From assembly GCA_028277195.1 (NCBI GenBank), contig JANQGS010000082.1, forward strand, positions 1 through 35,341: 35,341 nucleotides of DNA, read 5' to 3'. This stretch comes from Candidatus Gastranaerophilales bacterium. Lineage in GTDB: Bacteria > Cyanobacteriota > Vampirovibrionia > Gastranaerophilales > UBA9971. The stretch's first letter is position 1; every line of letters starts with the position of its first letter. Both the position numbers and the translations under genes were made by a program. Of this stretch, positions 25,093 through 34,900 are shown one piece after another. A model generated the notes under the pieces. The model saw only the letters and a list, made by a program, of their open reading frames with translations, searched no databases and was not told the DNA's origin.

Positions 25093-26391
25093 TTACAGGC
25101 TGGTGTGATGTATAAGGTTTTTCAGCTCTTTTTTCCAGTCGGAACCCCAATTCATTATAATGACATCAGCCGGGGTTTTATTGTCTGATAAAAGCTCTTT
25201 TAGCTTTTCAAGGTAAACAGCTTCCCCGCAAAGCGAAACCCCTGCTATTGCAACCAGCTCCTTTGCTATGCCGGCAATTTCAGCCAGACCCCTTTCAGGC
25301 ACTGATTTTCTCAATTCATTCCTTTTCTCCCAGCTAAAATCCCTGACCAGGTCCCACGCCGCATCCATTGCGTCTTCATTATATAAGATTCCCTTGACAA
25401 GCGCAGAAAAAGCCAGGGCCATATCAGGCTTCTGGCTGTCGCAATTCCTTACCTCAATCAGGTTTTTTAACCTTACGTCAGGGAAAAATGTTGATATATG
25501 GAGCATCCAGTCGCTCATTGTTGCCCGGTACTTTTTCATATATGCCCTGAAAGTCATGCTTGTCATGTCAATAAGGTTATTATCCCTCTGTATAAAGAGC
25601 ATGGGCATATCCAGGAGGATTTGCGCGTAATCATCAAACCCGAACCCTTCCTCAAAAATCTTCCTGCTTACCAGCCCGCACCTGTCATTATCGGTATTGA
25701 GCCAGGACAATGCCCTGTAGCTCTTATAACCTGTTAAACGTCCGCCCCTGACCGGTGAGTTCGAAAACATTGCGGTAATGACAGGGGAAATGCCCAGCGC
25801 AACCCTTAGCTTTTTCATTGCGTCCCCTTCCGAGCCGTAATCTATGGAAGCCTGCACTCCTGCTGTTTCCATCATCATGACAGGAGAGTGGTTGCCCTTT
25901 TTGGGCAGGTAATTTTTCATTATTTTATAACGTTCCTTTGGTATCATTTCTATGTTCTCAAAGGTTGTCAGGGGCTGGATGCCGTAACCAAGCCAAGTTA
26001 TACCCGTTTCATCGCCAATGGCCCGGGCTTTTTTATTGAATTCCAGGATGGCGGCCTCGTGGTCTTTTAAAAGCGCAAAAGGCCTGGTGCTGTACTCAAA
26101 CTGGCAACCCGGCTCAAGCGTTATGTCACCTTCAGGGCATTTCAACCCGAGCAGCTTTTCCCCTTCCAGTATGTCTTCACACTCACTGTAGAGCTTAATC
26201 CTGCCCAGGAAACTCGCCATTCCGTTCTTACCCGAATAACCAACAGCATGAAAGGTTTTCGCGTCAACGCCTATCCTCTCAAATTCTATGCCAATCCTGA
26301 AATCAGACCTGTTTTTACAGCTCCCGTAAAAATAATCGGATAATTGGGCCTTATCTGTTATATAATCGCTTTTATCCAGGATTTGTTCCAT
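25093..26391 (-). CDS. gshA: Glutamate--cysteine ligase, plant/proteobacterial type (GCS2 family)
   Basis: 432 aa. Contains IGIEFE, ITLEPGCQFEYS, IPKERYKIMKNYLP, MMMETAGVQASIDY, FSNSPV and WLNTDNDRCG. Together these match the GSH1-type pattern. Confidence 0.85.
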   Translation of the reverse strand: MEQILDKSDYITDKAQLSDYFYGSCKNRSDFRIGIEFERIGVDAKTFHAVGYSGKNGMASFLGRIKLYSECEDILEGEKLLGLKCPEGDITLEPGCQFEYSTRPFALLKDHEAAILEFNKKARAIGDETGITWLGYGIQPLTTFENIEMIPKERYKIMKNYLPKKGNHSPVMMMETAGVQASIDYGSEGDAMKKLRVALGISPVITAMFSNSPVRGGRLTGYKSYRALSWLNTDNDRCGLVSRKIFEEGFGFDDYAQILLDMPMLFIQRDNNLIDMTSMTFRAYMKKYRATMSDWMLHISTFFPDVRLKNLIEVRNCDSQKPDMALAFSALVKGILYNEDAMDAAWDLVRDFSWEKRNELRKSVPERGLAEIAGIAKELVAIAGVSLCGEAVYLEKLKELLSDNKTPADVIIMNWGSDWKKELKNLIHHTSL

Positions 26392-26448
26392 ATAAATTAC
26401 CTTTTTTATTTATAGGAGAAATAATATTTTAACATCAGGGAGAAAAAA

Positions 26449-27288
26449 TTGAACTACCTCAAAAGAGCAAAAAATTTCAGGACAAAAAAACGGCTGGGGC
26501 AAAATTTTTTGATTGACGAAAAAATCATTAACACCATTATAAATGAAGCCAACGTAAAAAACAGCGAAACAATAATAGAAATCGGGTCCGGTACGGGGTT
26601 TGTAACAGAAAAGCTGGCGTTAAAAGCGCGAAAAGTAATCGCCATAGAGCTGGACGAGGAGGCGATAAAAGCGCTTAAAAAACTGCCCTTTAACAACATA
26701 GAAATAGTCCGGCAGGATATCTTAACCGTAAACTTTTCCGAACTGGTACAGAACCCGGTCAAAATAGTCGCAAATATCCCATATTACATAACCAGCCCGA
26801 TACTCAGCCATATTTTAGGGGAGATTGACCGGCCTGAATGGAAAAACAGGGAGCTAACAGAGGAAATTATCCTGATGGTGCAGCATGAAGTGGCAAAAAG
26901 GCTGGTCGCAACCGAAAAAAGCCCTTCAAAAGAATACGGCCTGCTTTCAATACTGGTTAATTACTGGTGCGAAACAGAGCTGGTCTGTAAAGTGCCCTCA
27001 AGCAGTTTTTACCCCGAGCCAAAAGTTGATTCTGCCATAGTTAGATTAAAATTTCGGGAAGAACCGATAATAAAACTTCATAATCCTGTATTGTTCAGGC
27101 AGGTTACCCGGGCAGCGTTTGGAATGAGGAGGAAAACAATAAAAAATGCACTTATAAAAAGCGGTTTTGTTGCGGAAAAGGTTAACCCGGCGCTTGAAAA
27201 ATGTAACATTGCCCCCTCCGGAAGGGGCGAAACCCTTTCCATGCAGGATTTTAATTGCCTGTGTGATAAACTTTCAGCTTGTCAGTAA
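26449..27288 (+). CDS. rsmA: 16S rRNA (adenine1518/1519-N6)-dimethyltransferase
   Basis: 279 aa. Contains RLGQNFLID, IEIGSGTG and VANIPYYITSPIL. TTG start with SD GGGAG 7 nt upstream. Confidence 0.95.
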   Translation: MNYLKRAKNFRTKKRLGQNFLIDEKIINTIINEANVKNSETIIEIGSGTGFVTEKLALKARKVIAIELDEEAIKALKKLPFNNIEIVRQDILTVNFSELVQNPVKIVANIPYYITSPILSHILGEIDRPEWKNRELTEEIILMVQHEVAKRLVATEKSPSKEYGLLSILVNYWCETELVCKVPSSSFYPEPKVDSAIVRLKFREEPIIKLHNPVLFRQVTRAAFGMRRKTIKNALIKSGFVAEKVNPALEKCNIAPSGRGETLSMQDFNCLCDKLSACQ

Positions 27289-28876
27289 TCTCAGGCAGGT
27301 CAAATGTGCTTTCATAAAAGCCAAAATAATTCTTATCCTCATATATTTCCAGCCCGGCGCCAAAATAGTTATTAAACAAAACCCGGAAAGAATTTACAGG
27401 GGTTATGGTGTCGTATAGCCCGTTAGTTTTGTTTTCACCGGGGAAGTAATAAGCATTTAGGATTCCATAGGAATTTATAATAAAATCCTCATCAGATAAA
27501 AACATACCGGAATATTCCCGCTGGTTTTTAAAAAGGTCAATATCCCCCCCCGACAAATCCAGCAGGATTTTCTGGAAATGGTAATGAGAGCCGTGGTCTG
27601 ACTGAAGGATAATAACAGGCGGCTTTTGCGAGTTTTTTATTATGTTTGTTATTAATTCCTTCATTTTATTATTTATATAAACCAAATAATCAACGTATAA
27701 TTCCTTTTTCAACCACTCTTCCGCATATTCCATAGGATGTACGGCATTTTGCGGCAGTTCTTTTCCTTTTATATCAAATAAATAAGGCGGATGAGGCGCC
27801 AGAAAATGAGCATAGACGATTTTAGGGCTTTTTGCGATTTTTTCGGGACGGGATAAAAACTCAATGCGTTTTAACAGTGAATTTTTCATGGAATTATAAT
27901 AATATTCTTCCAGGTATTTTTTTTCAATTAAATCCCCGTTCAAATCCAAAAAACCAAGAATGGAATTTTTATAAACCAGGTAATTAAGGCTGTTTAATAA
28001 AAAATTAAACTCATCATCCGGGTAATCTATATCTGATATGCCTTTAAGGTCAATTAACATATCGTTTTTAACCACATCAACAAATAAAAACCTGTATCCT
28101 TTTGATTTTAAAAATTTTACAACCTCATTTTCCTGCCTGAGCTGTTTTAACCTAAAGGCATTGGTATTCATATTGCGGGTGTTTTTTAAGTCATCGTTGA
28201 TGTAGCGCATATTAAGGGAAGAGGTAATGGAATAGGTTGTGCACATATAATTGGCGGTTGAGTTTCCCGCCAGGAAAAACCCTTTCTTTTCAAGCCAGGA
28301 GAGGAATCCTGAGTTATCATGGTTGTAGTATTTCTTTAAGGCCAGGTTATTTGCGTACCCGTCAAGAACTATATAATAAATGTCAGGGTATTCACTATTT
28401 TCAACACTTGCTGGCTCAATGCTTTTTTCCCCGGTGAGAAAACCGCTGAACATACTCTTATATACGCCCATAGGAACTGAAACCAGGCAAAATATAACGA
28501 GAACAGTTGAAACCAGGTTTAATATATTAATTATCTTTGCGCCCTCAAAATCCTTTTTTGCAATAAAAAGGCAAGCCAGCCCTATGCCTAATATTGACAG
28601 AAATAAAAATACAAAATAGTTTACTCCCGAGAGCAGGTATATAAAATTCCCGTTAATAATAAATATCATTAATAAACTTGTTATAAGGGATGATTTTACC
28701 CGGTTTTTTAAGAACCTGCCGGAAATGGTGAATATGGCCATTGCCGGCAGGATAACAACCGCGAGCGGAAGTAAAACATGGGAAAAACCAACCTCTGCCA
28801 CATTTCTCGTAAACAAGAATATGACAGGGTAAATACTGAACAATACAACATGTATAAACGGCTTAGCCTTATCCAT
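27251..28876 (-). CDS. Membrane-anchored sulfatase-like hydrolase/transferase (alkaline-phosphatase superfamily, LTA-synthase/phosphotransferase-like)
   Basis: 541 aa. It has about 5 N-terminal TM helices. The extracytoplasmic domain follows with PDIYYIVLDGYAN, HFLAPHPPY and ILQSDHGSH, which are metal/nucleophile-region motifs of the superfamily. The 3' end overlaps the rsmA 3' end by 38 nt. Confidence 0.75.
   Translation of the reverse strand: MDKAKPFIHVVLFSIYPVIFLFTRNVAEVGFSHVLLPLAVVILPAMAIFTISGRFLKNRVKSSLITSLLMIFIINGNFIYLLSGVNYFVFLFLSILGIGLACLFIAKKDFEGAKIINILNLVSTVLVIFCLVSVPMGVYKSMFSGFLTGEKSIEPASVENSEYPDIYYIVLDGYANNLALKKYYNHDNSGFLSWLEKKGFFLAGNSTANYMCTTYSITSSLNMRYINDDLKNTRNMNTNAFRLKQLRQENEVVKFLKSKGYRFLFVDVVKNDMLIDLKGISDIDYPDDEFNFLLNSLNYLVYKNSILGFLDLNGDLIEKKYLEEYYYNSMKNSLLKRIEFLSRPEKIAKSPKIVYAHFLAPHPPYLFDIKGKELPQNAVHPMEYAEEWLKKELYVDYLVYINNKMKELITNIIKNSQKPPVIILQSDHGSHYHFQKILLDLSGGDIDLFKNQREYSGMFLSDEDFIINSYGILNAYYFPGENKTNGLYDTITPVNSFRVLFNNYFGAGLEIYEDKNYFGFYESTFDLPEITDKLKVYHTGN
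27544..27551 (-). repeat. Homopolymeric G8 tract (C8 on plus strand) inside the sulfatase-like CDS
   Basis: Read directly. The coding strand is TCG GGG GGG GAT (S-G-G-D), about codon 442 of 541. Confidence 0.9.
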
Positions 28877-28879
28877 TGA

Positions 28880-30187
28880 TTATTTCCTTTTCATCAGGTA
28901 CAGGAATCTCTCGGAATTAGCTATCCTTGATGATTTAATGATAGCAAAGTACTTAAGGAATTCCTGTTCAAAAAAATTCTTATAATAATCACTAAAAATA
29001 TCCTCCCTCGCAGAAAGGAGTTTTTGCGTCATAGAGTCGCGTTTTGGGACAAACTCAATTAATAAAGTCCCGGATATTTCAGAAAAAAATTCCGCAATTT
29101 TATTTAAAGGCACGTTATTGGAAATTCTCAGGTGATGTATTAAAGCAAGCGCCATCACAGTGTTTTCACGACCCATTCTTTCGAAAAAAGACGCCCTTTC
29201 CCGGCAGAACCAGCCTATAGCCGGGCTCGGGGCACACAAATCAATAATTAAAGGCAGTATTTTTTTATTATTTTCGTTTTTTAATTGCGTATAACTATTT
29301 TCAACCGCCAAAAAGTCCATATCGCAGGAAATTACGTACTTACCGGCCTCCCCGGCAATTTTGCTGAATATACCCGTATTAGCGCCCAGGTCAATCACCT
29401 TTTCAGCGTCCGAATAGCCCAGGTATTCCCTGACCAAGCCCTTTTTATGCTCAAAAGAGTCCTCATCATAGTTTTTTATGCTGTAATAATCTGCCCAGGG
29501 TGTTTTATCGCCCTTAAGTCCCAGGCTTTTTATTAAATTTTCCATATCAGTGAGCAAATTAACCTGCGCGTTCCGGGAAAGTTTAATATTTGAGCTGTTT
29601 TTCAGGGATTTATCCCGGCAGGATTTTTGCATGGCAGCGTTAAAGTGAATATGAGTTAAAACGGAAAAGTTTAAAAAAGTCCTTTTAGGAAGCAGTTTCG
29701 AGGCCAAATCCAGGGGAATGCCGTCAATATTGCCCAATAAAAGCGATTGCAACCCGGGTTCGCCCTGGCTCATCAATAACAGCGGCGCCATAAAATGCTG
29801 GCAAAACTGCTTATAAGCAATCCAGGGCTTTCCCTCCTCATGCTTCTCAAAAGATAAAATATCTATAAAAACCGGCTCTGTCCCGAAAAATTGAACATTA
29901 TAAGCGCTCGCGTCCTTAAGGGTCATATTATGCTCAAGTGAAATTTTTTGTATTTTCAGGGTTAATAAAGCCGCGTCCTTTAATGCCGAGAAGCTCCATT
30001 CATAAGGATATGAAACAAAATCCAGCATATCGGGCTTGTAAATCTTATACTTTTCAACTTCTTTATGGCTGACAATGAGGTTTTCCCCAACAAGGCGCTC
30101 CCACAAACCTGAATCAACGAGGTATTTAAAATTTTCCCCGTAAGAATCGTTTATAAACCTGTATAATTCACCGTCCCGCCAGAACAA
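28880..30187 (-). CDS. Class I SAM-dependent methyltransferase with an N-terminal accessory domain
   Basis: 435 aa from the TTG at 30187. Contains SAM motif I VIDLGANTGIFS. The frame stays open upstream and encodes KPLVDDASFRDPSGF, so the real start is probably ATT at 30235 (see findings). The stop lies 3 nt before the next gene's ATG. Confidence 0.8.
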   Translation of the reverse strand: MFWRDGELYRFINDSYGENFKYLVDSGLWERLVGENLIVSHKEVEKYKIYKPDMLDFVSYPYEWSFSALKDAALLTLKIQKISLEHNMTLKDASAYNVQFFGTEPVFIDILSFEKHEEGKPWIAYKQFCQHFMAPLLLMSQGEPGLQSLLLGNIDGIPLDLASKLLPKRTFLNFSVLTHIHFNAAMQKSCRDKSLKNSSNIKLSRNAQVNLLTDMENLIKSLGLKGDKTPWADYYSIKNYDEDSFEHKKGLVREYLGYSDAEKVIDLGANTGIFSKIAGEAGKYVISCDMDFLAVENSYTQLKNENNKKILPLIIDLCAPSPAIGWFCRERASFFERMGRENTVMALALIHHLRISNNVPLNKIAEFFSEISGTLLIEFVPKRDSMTQKLLSAREDIFSDYYKNFFEQEFLKYFAIIKSSRIANSERFLYLMKRK

Positions 30188-30230
30188 AAAGCCTGACGGG
30201 TCACGAAAAGAAGCATCATCAACGAGCGGT

Positions 30231-30434
30231 TTAATCTGTTTTTTCCTCTTTATTATTTTCTTGCTGCGGGGTTTGTTTTTTTTGGAATATGTTTAAGAAA
30301 AATAACTTTATGTTAACCCAGAAACTTTTAACGGCAACAAGAACTCCTATTGCGCTGGCTGCAATTACCTGGGCGACAAAACTGCCGGTACCCGGGTCAA
30401 TATAGGCAATGTATAAGGGTGAATCTGAAAACAT
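30231..30434 (-). CDS. Small membrane protein with N-terminal YIDPGTGS motif
   Basis: 67 aa. It has one TM helix (FVAQVIAASAIGVLVAV), a second amphipathic stretch and a polar tail. It is the first gene of the three-gene operon. Confidence 0.55.
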   Translation of the reverse strand: MFSDSPLYIAYIDPGTGSFVAQVIAASAIGVLVAVKSFWVNIKLFFLNIFQKKQTPQQENNKEEKTD

Positions 30435-30603
30435 TTTTCAATATCCCACTACTCTGTCTAACTTATTTTAATATATTTAGAGTTAACACGGCTATGCCGG
30501 TAAAAAAATACACCCTTAGTTGGATGCACAAGCATATCCATATGTAATAATAGATATATAACTACTTCATTATCTTCTTCAAAAGCTCTTGTCTTCAAAG
30601 CTC

Positions 30604-30638
30604 AAGGTCCTTTATACAAGGGCCTTTTTTATTATTTT
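30604..30638 (+). terminator. Intrinsic-terminator-like hairpin oriented on the plus strand, with no annotated plus-strand gene upstream
   Basis: The stem is AAGGTCC (30604-30610) paired with GGGCCTT (30620-30626), including one G-U pair. The loop is 9 nt. The tail is TTTTATTATTTT (30627-30638). On the minus strand the hairpin is followed by GAGCTTTGAAG, which has no U tract. Confidence 0.45.
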
Positions 30639-30647
30639 ACGGGCAGG

Positions 30648-30821
30648 TTAAAACGCCTCAAAAAACCTCGCGTCAACGCCCCCTGAGCCTATCCTGACCC
30701 TGACGGGCCTGAGGCATTTAGGGCATCTTCCGGCATATGCCGTGCCTTCCTTATTAACGTATATCCTGTTATAAACGCTACAGCAATTAAAAAGAATACT
30801 TATAAATTTTTTCTTTCCCAT
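30648..30821 (-). CDS. Small Cys-rich zinc-ribbon-like protein (57 aa)
   Basis: [57 protein letters not shown] contains a CC...CPxC arrangement. I prefer the ATG at 30821. The ORF-track GTG start at 30908 adds 29 aa of AT-rich, low-plausibility sequence. Confidence 0.45.
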   Translation of the reverse strand: MGKKKFISILFNCCSVYNRIYVNKEGTAYAGRCPKCLRPVRVRIGSGGVDARFFEAF

Positions 30822-30918
30822 TTTTATTTTTTCATAATTATAGATGATGTAATACTCAAACGGAACTATTAATATGGAATTTGTACTCCTTAGAAGACGA
30901 CGATACACATATCCCTAT

Positions 30919-31935
30919 TTAGCTATGCATCCCTGATGGATCATAGCTTTTTTTTGCAATTCCCTCTGCTTCCAGGTCTGCGTCCACCATAATTTTTACC
31001 AGTTCCTTAAAGTTAATGCCGGGCTGCCATCCGAGTTTTTGTCTTGCTTTTGTTGCATCGCCGATTAATAAGTCGACTTCTGCGGGCCTGAAATAGCGAG
31101 GGTCAATCTCCACATACTCATTCCAGTCCAGCCCCACGTATCCAAAGGCTTCATCAAGGAATTCCCTGATAGAATGCGTTTTCCCGGTAGCTATAACAAA
31201 GTCATCAGGCTCATCCTGCTGCAACATTAGCCACATAGCCTCAACATAATCCTTTGCATATCCCCAGTCCCTTTTTGCATCAAGGTTTCCGAGGTATAGT
31301 TTATTCTGTTTCCCGGCCATAATACGGGCAAGGGCTTTTGTTATTTTCCTTGTAACAAAGGTTTCGCCGCGCCTGGGAGACTCATGGTTGAACAGGATGC
31401 CGTTACATGCGTACAGGCCGTAGCTCTCCCTGTAGTTTACGGTTGCCCAGTAAGCGTATAGCTTGGCAACAGCATACGGGCTGCGGGGATAGAAAGGCGT
31501 GGTCTCCTTTTGTGGGACTTCCTGCACTTTACCGAACAGCTCGCTTGAAGATGCCTGGTAAAACCTTGTCTTTATCTGTGTTTCCCTGATAGCGTCCAAA
31601 AGCCTTAATGCACCCAGCCCTGTGACATCCCCGGTATACTCAGGTATATCAAAACTTACCCTGACGTGGCTTTGTGCGCCGAGGTGGTAGATTTCATCAG
31701 GATGTATCTTTTCAAGCATCCTGGAAACATTGGAAGAGTCGGATAAATCACCGTAATGCAGGAATAATTTTGTCCCTTTCAGGTGCGGGTCGCGGTATAA
31801 GTGGTCAATCCTGCCGGTATTGAACGAACTGGACCTTCTTATGAGCCCGTGTACCTCATAGTCCTTTTCCAGTAGCAATTCCGTCAAATATGAGCCGTCC
31901 TGGCCCGTTATTCCCGTTATAAACGCTTTTTTCAT
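30919..31935 (-). CDS. gmd: GDP-mannose 4,6-dehydratase
   Basis: 338 aa. Contains [17 protein letters not shown], the [10 protein letters not shown] catalytic YxxxK motif and [17 protein letters not shown]. The ATG overlaps the carB stop by 1 nt (TAATG). Confidence 0.95.
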   Translation of the reverse strand: MKKAFITGITGQDGSYLTELLLEKDYEVHGLIRRSSSFNTGRIDHLYRDPHLKGTKLFLHYGDLSDSSNVSRMLEKIHPDEIYHLGAQSHVRVSFDIPEYTGDVTGLGALRLLDAIRETQIKTRFYQASSSELFGKVQEVPQKETTPFYPRSPYAVAKLYAYWATVNYRESYGLYACNGILFNHESPRRGETFVTRKITKALARIMAGKQNKLYLGNLDAKRDWGYAKDYVEAMWLMLQQDEPDDFVIATGKTHSIREFLDEAFGYVGLDWNEYVEIDPRYFRPAEVDLLIGDATKARQKLGWQPGINFKELVKIMVDADLEAEGIAKKSYDPSGMHS

Positions 31936-34900
31936 TACAGTTTAACCCCTTCCGCCATATAATCTTTTATCTTGTCATAAGTCACTTTTTCGCCTTTTTT
32001 TAGTGTCTTTAACGCCAGTAAGTAAGCCTTTGCCGTATCAAGGGACGTAAAACAGGGCACTCTGTACTGTTCCGAGTACGTTCTCAACCTGAACCCGCAC
32101 CTTCTAACGTCCTTACCTATTGTTGGGGTGTTAATCACAATATTAACCTGCTTATTTTTTATCATGTCGCGTATGGTGTCAAAGTCAAACTTGTCCACCT
32201 CCTGCGGGTGTATGCCGTGTTTCCTTAAAAATTCGGAAGTGAGCTGGGTTGCGATTATGCCAAACCCGAGAGCCTGGAACTCCCTGGCAATAGGCAATAT
32301 TTCCTCCTTGTCAGCTTTTTTGATTGAAATCATTACATTGCCTTTTTCCGGGAAGCTAAAACCCGCCCCCTGAAATGCTTTTACAAGGGCTTTTTCATAG
32401 CTTGAATCTATACCCAGTACCTCCCCGGTTGATTTCATCTCCGGAGTTAAGGCAGTATCAACATTATTTAGCTTCTGAAAGGAAAAAACCGGGGCTTTAA
32501 CCGCAATTAAAGAGGTTGAAGGCAATAATCCCGTTCCATAACCCAAATTTTTTAATTTATCCCCTGCAATGACCTGTACGGCCAGCTTTACCATAGGAAC
32601 TCCCGTCACCTTGCTTATAATAGGCACGGTACGTGAGGCCCTGGGGTTGACCTCTATTACATACACGTCATCGCCTTTGACAACAAACTGTATATTCATC
32701 AAACCCGTTACCTGGAGGGCTTTTGCAATCTTTTCGGTATAAGCTGCCAGTTTGCTGATAACGTGCTCAGGCACTGTGCGAGTGGGATATGAGCAAAAAC
32801 TGTCCCCGGAATGTACACCTGTGCGCTCAATATGCTCCATTATGCCGGGGATTAGTATGTCCTCCCTGTCGGAAATAGCGTCAACCTCTACTTCTGTCCC
32901 CTCTATATACTGGTCTATAAGGATTGGATACTCGGAAGACAAAGCCACCGCCTCTTTAACGTATGATGTAAGTTCCTCGTCAGTGTTAACAACCTGCATT
33001 GCCCGCCCTCCGATAACGTAAGACGGCCTTACCAGTACGGGATACCCCAGCCCGTTAGCCGCAATAACCGCTTCCTTAAGGGTTGTTACGGCAGCTCCTT
33101 TTGGCTGGGGTATGCCGAGCTCCCGCAGCAGCCTTTCAAAAAGATTCCTGTCTTCCGCCACGTTTATTGACTCTACGGAAGTCCCCAGTATCTGGACGCC
33201 TCGTTTCAGGAGCTTTGGGGCAAGGTTTATGGCTGTCTGCCCACCAAATTGTACGATTACACCTTTTGGGGTTTCCTTTCTCACCACGTTAAAGACATCT
33301 TCAATGTACAGCGGCTCAAAATAAAGTTTATCAGAGGTATCAAAGTCTGTGCTTACTGTTTCAGGATTATTATTAATTATTATTGACTCATAGCCTGCTT
33401 CTCTTATGGCCCAAACAGCGTGAACCGAACAATAATCGAACTCTATACCCTGCCCTATCCTGATAGGGCCTGAGCCAAGCACGATTATCTTTTCTTTCTT
33501 GCTTATAACGTTTTCCTCTTCCTGCTCAAAAGTAGAGTAATAATATGGAGTTGCCGACTCAAACTCGGCCGCGCAGGTGTCAACCATCTTGTAAACAGGG
33601 TACAGGTTGTGCGCCCGGCGCAGTGTATCGAGTGTTTCGATTGACTCCTTTGATAAATCCTGTATTTCAACATCAGTAAAGCCCATAGACTCAGCCCTTT
33701 TAAGGAGTTCTATAGTCATAGGCTCTGTTTGCAGGCGGTTTTCAACCTCTATGATATTGCTGATTTTTTTAACAAACCACCTGTCGATTTTGGTTATTTT
33801 ATTTACCCTTTTTACTGACACTCCCTTTCTCAGGGCTTCTGCAACCGTGAAAATCCTTTCGTCATCAGCCACTTCCAATTTTTTCATTAACTCATCCTTT
33901 GAAAGCAGGGACAGGTGCTCTTTTCTGAGCCCGGTTTCCCTTCCCTCAAGGGATATTACAGCCTTAAGGAATGAGCTTTCAAAGTTCCTGTCAATTGCCA
34001 TGACCTCCCCGGTGGCTTTCATCTGGGTTCCGAGAGTCCTGTCAGCGTAGGAGAACTTATCAAAAGGCCATTTAGGGATTTTTGTCACAACATAATCAAG
34101 TGCCGGCTCAAATGAGGCCATTGTTTTCCTGGTTACATAATTTGGTATTTCGTGCAGGTTAAAGCCCACAGAAATTTTAGCGGCTATTTTTGCTATAGGG
34201 TAACCCGCAGCCTTGGATGCAAGGGCTGACGAGCGGCTCACCCGGGGATTCACCTCAATAACAACATACTCCATGTTCTCCGTATTGAGGGCAAACTGCA
34301 CATTACATCCGCCTTCTATTTTCAGTGAACGGATTATATTAAGCGATGACGTTCTCAACAGGTGATACTCTTCATCCCTGAGGGTTTGTGACGGGGCAAC
34401 AACTATGCTGTCGCCTGTGTGCACACCTATGGGGTCAATATTTTCCATATTACATATGACTATACAGGTATCATTCGAATCGCGCATTACCTCATATTCT
34501 ATTTCCTTCCAGCCTGCAACGCTCTTTTCCAGCAATACCTGGTTTATTCGGCTATATAAGAGTCCCGTATAGATTATATTTCTGAGCTCCTGCTCGTTTT
34601 GGGCAATTCCCCCACCGGTTCCGCCCAGGGTATAAGCTGGCCTCACAATAACCGGGTAGCCTATTTCCCCCGCAAACCTTATTCCATCCTCAATATTATC
34701 CACAATAGTACTTGGGGGTATGGGTTCGCCTATGTCCTGCATTAAATTTTTAAAGCTCTCCCTGTCTTCAGCTTTTTTAATAGCCTCAACTGAAGTCCCC
34801 AGTAATTTCACGTTATATTTTTCAAGAATACCTTTTTCATATAACTCTATGGCCAGGTTAAGCCCTGTTTGCCCGCCCAGTGTCGGCAGCAGCCCATCCG

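Noticed and set aside
30350-30547. 65-aa plus-strand ORF spanning the start of the DPGTGS gene and the intergenic region.
   Set aside because: It is mostly antisense to a credible gene, has no SD and gives an implausible translation.
30822-30908. 29-aa N-terminal extension (GTG start) of the Cys-rich mini-protein.
   Set aside because: The extension is AT-rich and hydrophobic/aromatic nonsense-like. The AAGGAG within it is not followed by a start codon in a usable frame. The start remains uncertain, so the feature is given with reduced confidence.
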